The notes beneath the pieces are model-generated. The model was not told the DNA's origin. It saw only the letters and a program-made list of their open reading frames with translations, and did no database searches. From positions 1 to 46,060 of the IMG/VR virus record IMGVR_UViG_3300045988_015321: a DNA stretch of 46,060 nt. One strand, 5' to 3'. This DNA is from a virus. Below are positions 1-7,935 of the stretch, in pieces (positions within the stretch are counted from its first letter, which is position 1; the number at the start of each line of letters is the position of its first letter). The position numbers were made by a program, and so were the translations under genes.

Positions 1-53
1 CGTCTGTGGATTTTATGTAGAACTTTTCGCTTTCGCTGTCCATCAGCAAAACA
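1..53. repeat. Terminal direct repeat, identical to 46008-46060 (circular-assembly overlap or terminal redundancy)
   Basis: cgtctgtggattttatgtagaacttttcgctttcgctgtccatcagcaaaaca occurs at both ends of the window. Confidence 0.95.
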
Positions 54-238
54 CTTGTCCCGGGTGCTACCAGATAGGATTTTGCACCCACTTCACCAGA
101 TACCCACAGGATACCATTGTTGTTCTGCTGTGGTTGCTGTACTGTTTGAGCTGGAATCTGGACAGGCTGTTGCTGGAACTGGTTCATCTGCCCAGGAACG
201 CCAAAACTATATTGATAAGGATTGTTATATAATGCCAT
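1..238 (-). CDS. N-terminal part of a 156-aa Q/N-rich protein that crosses the junction (continues 46007->45775)
   Basis: ATG at 238-236 is preceded by SD GAAAGGCGG. Hand translation gives MALYNNPYQYSFGVPGQMNQFQQQPVQIPAQTVQQPQQNNNGILWVSGEVGAKSYLVAPGTSVLLMDSESEK..., which joins in frame to ORF 45775..46056 through the 53-bp repeat. Confidence 0.6.
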   Translation of the reverse strand, partial: MALYNNPYQYSFGVPGQMNQFQQQPVQIPAQTVQQPQQNNNGILWVSGEVGAKSYLVAPGTSVLLMDSESEKFYIKSTD

Positions 239-272
239 CTTATACACCGCCTTTCTGATTATATTTTTACAT

Positions 273-306
273 AAAAAAAGAACCGGAAACAGGTCGTTTC
301 TGGCTC
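273..306 (-). terminator. Rho-independent terminator ending late unit 2
   Basis: Minus-strand hairpin GAGCCAGAAAC-gacct-GUUUCCGGUUC is followed by UUUUUUU, directly after the gene ending at 327. Confidence 0.7.
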
Positions 307-326
307 TAATTAGTATCCAAAAAGTA

Positions 327-527
327 TCAGCACACTTTGATTATTTTATTATTTACTCTCCGGCTTAATCTCTTTGCCGTTGATATGCTCACGTTCATCT
401 GTTCAGCGCAGTATTCAAGCGTATATTCCTTGCATCTCAACCGAAACAGTCTTTCTTCGTCTGGTGTGAAATTACACTCTATCAAGAACCTGTCTATATC
501 TTTTTTCGTGAACACATATAATTTCAT
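327..527 (-). CDS. Small sigma-70 region-4-like HTH protein (candidate RinA/ArpU-type late regulator)
   Basis: TPDEERLFRLRCKEYTLEYCAEQMNVSISTAKRLSRRVNNKI resembles a sigma region 4.2 HTH. SD AAGGGG lies 7 nt before the ATG at 527. The ORF-track start at 545 is a TTG. Confidence 0.6.
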   Translation of the reverse strand: MKLYVFTKKDIDRFLIECNFTPDEERLFRLRCKEYTLEYCAEQMNVSISTAKRLSRRVNNKIIKVC

Positions 528-547
528 GAGCATACCCCTTATCAATG

Positions 548-853
548 CTAACGTTGATTCTGTGCAAGATACTCCGTGAGCTTCTGCTTTGTTTTTTTTA
601 ATTCCTCAACATTATTCCCACTGATCTGACTATCCAACATGGTTGATAGTACTTCCAGAATCAATGAATCACGCTCCGCGATCCTCTGAAGACTCTCAAA
701 GTCACGCTTATCATGTTCTTCCAGTGTTTCAACTCGCTTGTTGAGTCGAAATGCCGGAGTAATCCACTTAAGAATTACGGCCACCGCTCCTCCGACAATA
801 GACACTCCTCCGCAAATTGAGAGGAATACTTGTACAAATTCTGATATGCTCAT
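548..853 (-). CDS. Membrane-anchored coiled-coil protein (one N-terminal TM helix), function unknown
   Basis: Hydrophobic N-terminus FVQVFLSICGGVSIVGGAVAVIL is followed by a charged helical region. SD AAGGAG lies 7 nt upstream of the start. Confidence 0.6.
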   Translation of the reverse strand: MSISEFVQVFLSICGGVSIVGGAVAVILKWITPAFRLNKRVETLEEHDKRDFESLQRIAERDSLILEVLSTMLDSQISGNNVEELKKTKQKLTEYLAQNQR

Positions 854-857
854 TTAG

Positions 858-1244
858 CTACTCCTTTTCCCAGTAGTATACCGGGATCTCATTACCACTA
901 TCCCATGTATCGAAATATTTGCCTTCCTGTACCGTCACCACATGGTCATATATGCAGAGAATGTATGTACCTGTCGGATGGTCTGTGCAAAAATCATTGA
1001 CTGTATAGATATATCGTTCTGACTGTTCAATTAGTTTGCGTCTGTATCCATGCTTATAGAGGTACGCTCCCCAGACATAATTTGCGCTTGGCATATCTGA
1101 TAGAGCGCACGCCTGTATCATTAATCCGGCAAATACCGTTTCCCAGTCAAAACCGGTTGCCTTGCATATTGCCCGGACAACGCAGTCTCCTGTTCTCTTA
1201 TCCTTAACGGGATTCGGATTATAATATTCCCATCTATCATCCAT
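858..1244 (-). CDS. Hypothetical protein with a papain-fold-like Cys...His...Asp pattern
   Basis: GDCVVRAICKATG (Cys) and YDHVVTVQEGKYFDTWDS (His/Asp) are present. The start overlaps the MuF stop as ATGA, suggesting translational coupling. Confidence 0.55.
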   Translation of the reverse strand: MDDRWEYYNPNPVKDKRTGDCVVRAICKATGFDWETVFAGLMIQACALSDMPSANYVWGAYLYKHGYRRKLIEQSERYIYTVNDFCTDHPTGTYILCIYDHVVTVQEGKYFDTWDSGNEIPVYYWEKE

Positions 1245-2386
1245 CAGTCAATCCCCTTTGCTGCCTTATATCGTTTTGCTGCTCCTCTGGCTTTTGCGGC
1301 GTTCTGACGGTTCCACTTCGCTATCATAAGCCGGTCTTGCAGTTCCCTTAGGTCGTTCTGCTTGCAGTAATCTTTGTATGCAGCATTTTGTTTCTGCAAA
1401 AGATAAGACTTCCGGTCAAGGTCTTGCTGAAGTGCGAATCTTGTCTGTTCATCCTTACAGTTATCAACCGCCGCTTGCATTCCGAGAACTTCTCTCTTCG
1501 TTTTGCGGATTCTCCGTTCATAAGTACGTTGCCGCTGTTCCTTTTCGTACTGTTTGCCTTTATCAGCTTTATCCTGTGCTGATAGTTCTGCATAAGGATT
1601 AAATTCTCCATCACTTGCCCCAAAACTATGCCGGCAGTTGACCCCTGACAGTCCGCTTGCCGTTCCGTATCCGGTCAATGAGAATGGCGGAAATTTCTTA
1701 CTCTTGCCAGAACGAGAGTATATCTTGCCTTGCCACCATGAGTGATTTCCGGGATTCTCGCCGTCATCACCCGTTCTGGCTCCTATGTGAGCACTGACTA
1801 GAATTAAATCCCAGTCCATTTCTTCCATGCGTTTTAGGGATATATCTCCCGTAGCCTGTGCCACACCAGTTCTGACAGAACGTGCAACTGCTGTTTCGAT
1901 GGTGTCTTTTCTGCCAGATGGGTATGTGACGGTAACACCATCTGATACAACGTTATTAACTGCCTCTTTGATGGCTTGTGTATACCCGACTGCCCCAGTC
2001 ATCACATGATTATATGCAAGGTCACATTGCTCAATATAGAGCCTCTGAGCGACACTTGCGGTTGTTCTCGTGAAGTTCTTCCACTCACCCATAGTCGCAA
2101 GCATATTTCGCTCCATGAGTCTTATCATAGCCGGAGACTGTTCAAGCGGTACGGGACTAAGCCCCGCCGCCTTATAGACTTTATCATCATAGTCCATTGC
2201 AGTGATTCCGGCATCCTCAAACGCTTCAAGAAGCTCCTGTTGTTCGCGCTTGGTGTATCTGGATAATTCTGCCAGAATGTCCTCTAGCAATTCGCCAGAT
2301 TCCTGCAATGTTCTGATTCTCCACGCATCTGCATTGGTTAGGATATAGTCTTCACCTCTGCCGATTCTTGCCACCATTCTCGACAC
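1244..2386 (-). CDS. Minor head morphogenesis protein (Mu gpF / SPP1 gp7-like); start uncertain
   Basis: Sits after the portal region, matches the MuF-like central region, and has a K/R-rich helical C-terminus. The frame stays open upstream to about 2475 with no canonical in-frame start (see findings). Confidence 0.8.
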   Translation of the reverse strand: MSRMVARIGRGEDYILTNADAWRIRTLQESGELLEDILAELSRYTKREQQELLEAFEDAGITAMDYDDKVYKAAGLSPVPLEQSPAMIRLMERNMLATMGEWKNFTRTTASVAQRLYIEQCDLAYNHVMTGAVGYTQAIKEAVNNVVSDGVTVTYPSGRKDTIETAVARSVRTGVAQATGDISLKRMEEMDWDLILVSAHIGARTGDDGENPGNHSWWQGKIYSRSGKSKKFPPFSLTGYGTASGLSGVNCRHSFGASDGEFNPYAELSAQDKADKGKQYEKEQRQRTYERRIRKTKREVLGMQAAVDNCKDEQTRFALQQDLDRKSYLLQKQNAAYKDYCKQNDLRELQDRLMIAKWNRQNAAKARGAAKRYKAAKGID

Positions 2387-2473
2387 GATCTCAGAGATGA
2401 TATACTGATGTAGTTCTTCGGCGATTTGCTCACTACCCTCTGTTATCCGGCGTAAATATTCTGGACTAAGTAT

Positions 2474-2516
2474 AGCATATCACCTCTTTCGTCAAAAGTC
2501 GTGGTACATGTTTTGA
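2474..2516 (-). promoter_or_regulatory. Late promoter-like element, copy 2 (conserved box plus extended -10)
   Basis: Minus strand reads TCAAAACATGTACCACGAC, then 18 nt, then TGA-TATGCT. Same architecture as the copies at 7848-7889 and 43586-43628. Confidence 0.5.
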
Positions 2517-2576
2517 ATTTTACTGGTTAACTAAAGTCCTCTTTAGTTAATTAGTAATGTAACATACTTCATTACT

Positions 2577-4265
2577 TTAATACAAATCATCGATCAACAA
2601 CGCATTTGTGCAAACAAAATGTACTCCATTTTTTGCAAACTCTTTTGCTACAGATTTTTCATCTGTTGTACCAACGCCTACTTGGATATTGTTTGACAAC
2701 GCTTTAGAAACGCCATTTGAAGTAAGTTTCTCAACTGTAGAACCTATATAAACAGCATTACTATTTGTTTTAAGATTGATTGCTATATTTATTGCATCCT
2801 CATCTATATCCCTATCTACATTTACAAAAAAATTAGTAAAATCACATAGACTGTGTATATATGTTAAAAACGAATGCTCAAAAGAATTCCATACAACCTT
2901 ATCAAGCATTCCCAATTTACTTGCCACATTATACGCGCCTTTTATCCAACTATTGTCGTAGCCTCTTTTTAATTCGATAATAGGCTGTACCGATTTTACC
3001 TTACAGAAATACAAGAAATCTTCAAGTGTGCATATTTCCGTTCCTTTATATTCCACATCTTTCCAAATTCCAAAATCATATTGTTTAACATCGTTATAAG
3101 TAATAGTAGAAATATTAACAGTTTCTGGCAACATGTTTCCATTTTTGTCCCTAGCAGTTCTATTAATATTAATATCATGAGATAAAACTGGTATTCTATC
3201 AGATGTATAAACAACATCAGTCTCAATACACCTACAGCCATTTTTATATGCCAATTCAAAAGCTGGCATTGTATTTTCTGGAGCAATACTTGAATATCCT
3301 CGATGAGCCATTATAACAGTATAATCATTAAAATTATTTACCGGTTTTTTACCAATTACATCTATAAGATGTCTATTGCCTTCTATGCCACTATATGATG
3401 CAACATATTTTTCTGTAATTAATTCTATATCATTTTCTTTATATTCCTCCATAGTATCTTTCAATAATAGTCTATACTTAGTGCCTTTGCTTACTGATAC
3501 TTCATAGTTCCACCCACTATCATATAAAAAATTACCATTTTCATCATAAGAATGATATGCTAAAACAAATCTATCTTCCAACGACCTAAAAGTGGTATCA
3601 TAATATGCACAAGAAATATCTTTGCTTCTAAATCTTGATGCAGATGTTGAAACTGGAATACCGTTTGATAAAGTTCCATATACAAATTTCATGTAATTCT
3701 TTAATATATCATTTCTGTAAGTTAAATTTATCAATTCCCATTCATATGTTATTGCGCTTAAATATTCGTGAACATCAGCAATTCCAGTTGTAATTCCTGT
3801 TTTTAAAATAGTCACCGAAAACTTTGTATTTGCCGTTATTACTTTTCTATTTTTTATAAACGAATCTTTTTTTATAAAACTACCATCGTTATCATACCAA
3901 GAAAAAGCAACTTGAAATCCATCTTTAATATATAATATTAAATTTGTATCATAGGAAATGGGATGTTTATTCGATACCTGATAAATATAATCACGTTCAT
4001 ATTCGCCAGTAGAACTTTTGATATTACCAACGTCAAATTCTCCTTTTAAAATACATGTACCATTCTCTAAGTTAACTAAATCTTCCTTTAGTGAATTAGT
4101 TTCCGCCTTTACTTCTTTGAATTTGTCCCCTGTTACTTTAGCATCTGCAAAAGCGCCGTCCGCAGATAATGTTTTATCAGATACAGGCGTTTCGAGAACA
4201 CTTCCATAAGGTAACTGTCTCTTCTTCCCATCTGCTGTGATTATTCCCTTGAATGTATCTGCCAT
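2577..4265 (-). CDS. Glycerophosphodiester phosphodiesterase (GDPD) domain protein with two N-terminal beta-rich repeat modules
   Basis: IMAHRGYSSIAPENTMPAFELAYKNGCRCIETDVVYTSDRIPVLSHD matches the GDPD signature. There is an internal duplication (FQVAFSWYDNDGSF / FVLAYHSYDENGNF). SD GGAGAGGAG precedes the ATG at 4265. The gene is visibly more AT-rich than its neighbours. Confidence 0.8.
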   Translation of the reverse strand: MADTFKGIITADGKKRQLPYGSVLETPVSDKTLSADGAFADAKVTGDKFKEVKAETNSLKEDLVNLENGTCILKGEFDVGNIKSSTGEYERDYIYQVSNKHPISYDTNLILYIKDGFQVAFSWYDNDGSFIKKDSFIKNRKVITANTKFSVTILKTGITTGIADVHEYLSAITYEWELINLTYRNDILKNYMKFVYGTLSNGIPVSTSASRFRSKDISCAYYDTTFRSLEDRFVLAYHSYDENGNFLYDSGWNYEVSVSKGTKYRLLLKDTMEEYKENDIELITEKYVASYSGIEGNRHLIDVIGKKPVNNFNDYTVIMAHRGYSSIAPENTMPAFELAYKNGCRCIETDVVYTSDRIPVLSHDININRTARDKNGNMLPETVNISTITYNDVKQYDFGIWKDVEYKGTEICTLEDFLYFCKVKSVQPIIELKRGYDNSWIKGAYNVASKLGMLDKVVWNSFEHSFLTYIHSLCDFTNFFVNVDRDIDEDAINIAINLKTNSNAVYIGSTVEKLTSNGVSKALSNNIQVGVGTTDEKSVAKEFAKNGVHFVCTNALLIDDLY

Positions 4266-4269
4266 CTTT

Positions 4270-5715
4270 TTACTCCTCTCCGAATAAAGTTGGTTCGTCT
4301 GGCTGAGCTTCTTCAACCATTGCTTTAGCTTCTTCCTCAGTCATTCCCTCGAATTTTACAAAATACAACCATGCCGGAACCTTGCCAGTGGTCACATACT
4401 GCCACCATCTTGCACGGTCATTTTCACGCACATAGAGAATGTCTCCAAAATCATAATTGACCTCGTATGCTCCGACTGGCGCAAGTCCGTACAGGTCAGC
4501 GTAAACGTTCAATGCGTAAATAACTTCATCCAGACAGGATTCCAGTTTATCTCGAACGTCTTTGACGAACTGCACTGTCCTCTGCTGTTCTGCTTCTACT
4601 CCTGTAGCCGTCTGTATGCCGCTAGATTCGTTAAAAACAAAGTATCCGTTGGAGAATCCAATCTTGTACCCTAACTGGCTTAAAATGGCGTTTATGCCGC
4701 TTATACGGGTATCTGTGTTGAGAATTGGATTGATTTCCTGATAGAACTCTTTCTCATCCTGCCCGAATACATTCTTGACAAAGTGCGGTAATTTCATCTC
4801 ATTACGTCTGTTCTCCATACCCTGCGGTGACATGGCTGCTACAGGTGTACCGCTTGGCATCAGCAGTCTATCATCTGCCAAGACAATCTTCTGCGAATCA
4901 AAAATCTCTCCGGCGTTCCTGCTGTATGCAATATCGAGGTCTTTTAACTCTTCGATAGCTTCGGCAAATATTGGCAAACCCAATGGTGCGTTAATATCCA
5001 CGTTATTTGCCTGTGGTGTCCGTAGAACTCCGTACAGAGGTCCGTCCAACTTCTCCCCGTTCGCCTTGAGGATTGGCGGAGTGTCTGCCATTAGGTCAGC
5101 CCACTTGGTCTGTTTGAGGTCAATCTTGTCTCCGATTGACTGAGGGGATTTTGATACATAGGCTCTGTTAGAAACATAATACGGATAGGTTGTCACTCCA
5201 TCCACAGTGGTCTCAACAAAACGATGATATTCAAGCCGTGTGTAGTATTTCCTTCCAACTGTATAAGAATCTTTGAATATAATCCCTTTGATTTCCTGAT
5301 TATCGTAATCTACAATTATCACATCTGCCGGAGTGAATATGTCAAGGCTCTCACCATTTGGTTTGATAAATACTGTTCCGTAGGCACAGCCGTACTCTAC
5401 CCAGTGCCGAATCCGGAAATATACCTTGTTGATCTGCTGCTGTAACCATGCTGCCCTTGCGGAACCGTCTATCTGAATGCCGATTGCCAGCGTTGCGAGC
5501 CGAGCTGTCTCTGAGCAGACGGATTTCGCGAAATTAATCGTCTTGATGTTATCATTATCATCTATCCATTCCGGTACTCCCCTGTAAATGTTCGCGCACC
5601 GGTTAATCAACGATTCCATTTCTGGAAACTCTGCCGCCTGGATATTAAAGTCCTCTTCGGCTTGTTTTTTGAAAATCATGTTAAACCACCTTTTTAGTGT
5701 TTTTATAAGTCCCAT
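4270..5715 (-). CDS. Portal protein (SPP1 gp6-like)
   Basis: 481 aa, located immediately downstream of the terminase, with overall similarity to SPP1-family portals. Confidence 0.88.
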   Translation of the reverse strand: MGLIKTLKRWFNMIFKKQAEEDFNIQAAEFPEMESLINRCANIYRGVPEWIDDNDNIKTINFAKSVCSETARLATLAIGIQIDGSARAAWLQQQINKVYFRIRHWVEYGCAYGTVFIKPNGESLDIFTPADVIIVDYDNQEIKGIIFKDSYTVGRKYYTRLEYHRFVETTVDGVTTYPYYVSNRAYVSKSPQSIGDKIDLKQTKWADLMADTPPILKANGEKLDGPLYGVLRTPQANNVDINAPLGLPIFAEAIEELKDLDIAYSRNAGEIFDSQKIVLADDRLLMPSGTPVAAMSPQGMENRRNEMKLPHFVKNVFGQDEKEFYQEINPILNTDTRISGINAILSQLGYKIGFSNGYFVFNESSGIQTATGVEAEQQRTVQFVKDVRDKLESCLDEVIYALNVYADLYGLAPVGAYEVNYDFGDILYVRENDRARWWQYVTTGKVPAWLYFVKFEGMTEEEAKAMVEEAQPDEPTLFGEE

Positions 5716-5720
5716 TTAAT

Positions 5721-5879
5721 CTACCTTTTAAAATCCATCCATCTTACAGAAGTATCTCGCACAATAATGTCTTCATATTCTACAACTTTTAAGATTTCGT
5801 TAATGTCAGATGATCCATATATTTTTAAACCGATGCTTAAGAATTTATTTATTTTATCTGAAAAGTACCTATCTAACAT
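5721..5879 (-). CDS. Small hypothetical ORF (52 aa) between terminase and portal
   Basis: Hand-translated as MLDRYFSDKINKFLSIGLKIYGSSDINEILKVVEYEDIIVRDTSVRWMDFKR. It exactly fills the gap between the two genes. Its SD is weak. Confidence 0.35.
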   Translation of the reverse strand: MLDRYFSDKINKFLSIGLKIYGSSDINEILKVVEYEDIIVRDTSVRWMDFKR

Positions 5880-5880
5880 T

Positions 5881-7518
5881 TTATGCACTATTCCCTCTTC
5901 TTCTCCACATCTCTTCAGTGGCGTATCTGCAAGCGTCTATAAAGTGATTATCTTTGTCGGGATAACCGCTTATAATGTTTCCGTCCTTGTCTCTCTCGTA
6001 TTCGTACTTCTTGAACTCTTTTAAGGCTTTTGGTGTTCTAGCAGGATCAAACACTAATTTTCTTTTTTGCAACCACTTCATTGAGTATTCAATGCTGCCA
6101 GGTCCTTTGATTGCCCCTCTTGCCGGAAGTCCTGCATCCCTGTAATCATTTACAGATTTATTCTCAGCACTGTCACAGGTGATCACATAGTCATCATAAC
6201 CACGCTTCTTGATTTCGGCAGCAGTCCAGTCATTTGACTTTTTGTTTTCGCCAATTTCATCAAGAAAATAAATTGTCTCTCTTGCATGGTCATAATAGAG
6301 CCGCGCAAATGCATAAGGATCTGGGAACCATCCCCAGTCAACACCCTGATAAATTCTATCAAAATGGCTAATCTCTTCGTCTGTGATAGTTCTTTCTTCG
6401 ATATATTCGAAGATATTTCCACCATTTCCATTGGCATGTCCTAAATACTCGTTGTCATAAGCGTCTGGATTTACTTCTTTTAGATGTTCAGCATCTGCAA
6501 GAAATACATCGCCAAGCCACTCCTGTTCAATCCCTAAATCAAGGTATGTGCTATGCACAACCATTACATTTTTATCTTTTTCTTCTGCTTCTGCTGTATA
6601 TTCATTCGCCCAATTATTCTTACTCCTAGGTGGGTTGAATGACTTGAATTTATACGCTTCATTGCCGCCACGAATTGCAGACTGTTGAATATTTCGTATT
6701 TCTTCCGGACCGGCAAACTGGTCAAGCTCCTCGAACCAGACAATTCCGATATAGCCAAACTCTGGCTTAATAGACTTAATCTTTAATGGATCGTCAGCAC
6801 CACGGAAATAAATCTTCTGGCCGGTAGGCTTGTATGTAATCTCCATTGGAGATACTTTACAGGTAAATTCCTTATTTAGATCTAATTTATCAATAGCCCA
6901 TTTCATCTGAGCATAAACAGAATCTTTGATAGTGTTTCCGACTTTTCGCAGAATCAGAGCGTGCATGTTCGGATTATTCTTCAGCAGTTCCGGTATAATC
7001 AATGATATTGTCGATGACTTCATGGAACCACGTCCGCCAGGGAGAATGTATTCGCTATGTTTCTTTGCTCGAATATCCCGAATCATTTTATGAAATACGT
7101 CCGGGACAATATTCAGATCAATATGGTACTCGCCTTGTAATCTGGCTTTTTCTTCTGCTTTCCGCTGCTCTTCTCTGGCTTCTTTTATAGCAAGCGTTTT
7201 TTCCAGATCATTCATAGATTTCAGCTGATCGGAGAAGTCTGGTGCAAAACCGAATGAATCAGTCAGCTCACCTCTTGCGATCATGGAGCGGCGCTGCTGA
7301 ATTTCTGCCAGAGACATGATGTCAGTGCCTTTTTGTTTTTCGATGAGAGACTGTTTTTCAGCTATATAGGAAGAAATATTAAGTTTTCTTAAGTTCTGTG
7401 CTCCTATTACTTCTGCGTTTTTCTCGGCATATCCAGCTTTTCTCGCGGCATCAGATGCATTCCCGCCATTTTTTATATATTCATCTGCAAACGCTTTCTG
7501 CTTAGGCGTTAAGTCCAT
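5881..7518 (-). CDS. Terminase with small-subunit-like N-terminus fused to a PBSX-family large subunit
   Basis: Residues 1-60 (LTPKQKAFADEYIKNGGNASDAARKAGYAEKNAEVIGAQNLRK) match the TerS (Terminase_2) HTH pattern. From about residue 150 onward, YILPGGRGSMKSS (Walker A) and IVWFEELDQF match TerL motifs. Confidence 0.9.
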   Translation of the reverse strand: MDLTPKQKAFADEYIKNGGNASDAARKAGYAEKNAEVIGAQNLRKLNISSYIAEKQSLIEKQKGTDIMSLAEIQQRRSMIARGELTDSFGFAPDFSDQLKSMNDLEKTLAIKEAREEQRKAEEKARLQGEYHIDLNIVPDVFHKMIRDIRAKKHSEYILPGGRGSMKSSTISLIIPELLKNNPNMHALILRKVGNTIKDSVYAQMKWAIDKLDLNKEFTCKVSPMEITYKPTGQKIYFRGADDPLKIKSIKPEFGYIGIVWFEELDQFAGPEEIRNIQQSAIRGGNEAYKFKSFNPPRSKNNWANEYTAEAEEKDKNVMVVHSTYLDLGIEQEWLGDVFLADAEHLKEVNPDAYDNEYLGHANGNGGNIFEYIEERTITDEEISHFDRIYQGVDWGWFPDPYAFARLYYDHARETIYFLDEIGENKKSNDWTAAEIKKRGYDDYVITCDSAENKSVNDYRDAGLPARGAIKGPGSIEYSMKWLQKRKLVFDPARTPKALKEFKKYEYERDKDGNIISGYPDKDNHFIDACRYATEEMWRRRGNSA

Positions 7519-7538
7519 CTAATCACCTCTGTCTATCC

Positions 7539-7796
7539 TCATTTTCTGACCGTCTCCCATATTTCTTTTAGGCACATGACTACATCATACTGGGATGCAG
7601 TTCGTAGTATTTCATAATCACAGTCTTTCCACTCACCACGTTTTGTTGGTCTGAATACTGGCGTTGATATGATCGTTACTGTAATCAATCGTTCCTGCTC
7701 ATGGCTGTAGAATTGTGACGTTCCAATTTTTATGATTAATCCGGTGGATAATATAGCTTTTTGGAGTTTTCTTGTAACTGCTTTTAAGTTCGCCAT
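7539..7796 (-). CDS. Hypothetical protein, first gene of late unit 1
   Basis: 85-aa ORF with SD GAGGTGA, about 45 nt downstream of the predicted late promoter. Confidence 0.6.
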   Translation of the reverse strand: MANLKAVTRKLQKAILSTGLIIKIGTSQFYSHEQERLITVTIISTPVFRPTKRGEWKDCDYEILRTASQYDVVMCLKEIWETVRK

Positions 7797-7847
7797 ATTA
7801 TCACCTCATTTCTGGCTATAAAATCCCATAGTAACACTTCTGAGTAT

Positions 7848-7889
7848 ATTCTATCACAGGTCAGCAGAAAAGTTGTGGTACATGTTTGA
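7848..7889 (-). promoter_or_regulatory. Late promoter-like element, copy 1 (conserved box plus extended -10)
   Basis: Minus strand reads TCAAACATGTACCACAAC, then 18 nt, then TGA-TAGAAT. It lies just downstream of the terminator at 7903-7929. Confidence 0.6.
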
Positions 7890-7902
7890 GGAATTTTGTG
7901 CT

Positions 7903-7929
7903 AAAAAAGAGCCGGTAAATACCGACTCT
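7903..7929 (-). terminator. Rho-independent terminator ending the early/middle operon
   Basis: Minus-strand hairpin AGAGUCGG-uauuua-CCGGCUCU is followed by UUUUUU. The U-G wobble exists only in the minus-strand RNA. Confidence 0.7.
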
Positions 7930-7935
7930 CTAATT

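Noticed and set aside
55-258. 67-aa plus-strand ORF at the window start.
   Set aside because: It is antisense to the junction-spanning minus-strand gene, which has a good SD and ATG at 238 and continues in frame across the repeat. The plus-strand ORF has no RBS.
2527-2550. Perfect 10-bp inverted repeat TTAACTAAAG-tcct-CTTTAGTTAA after the GDPD gene, as a possible terminator.
   Set aside because: The stem is all A/T-rich and no U-tract follows on either strand. It may be an insertion scar or a protein-binding palindrome rather than an intrinsic terminator.
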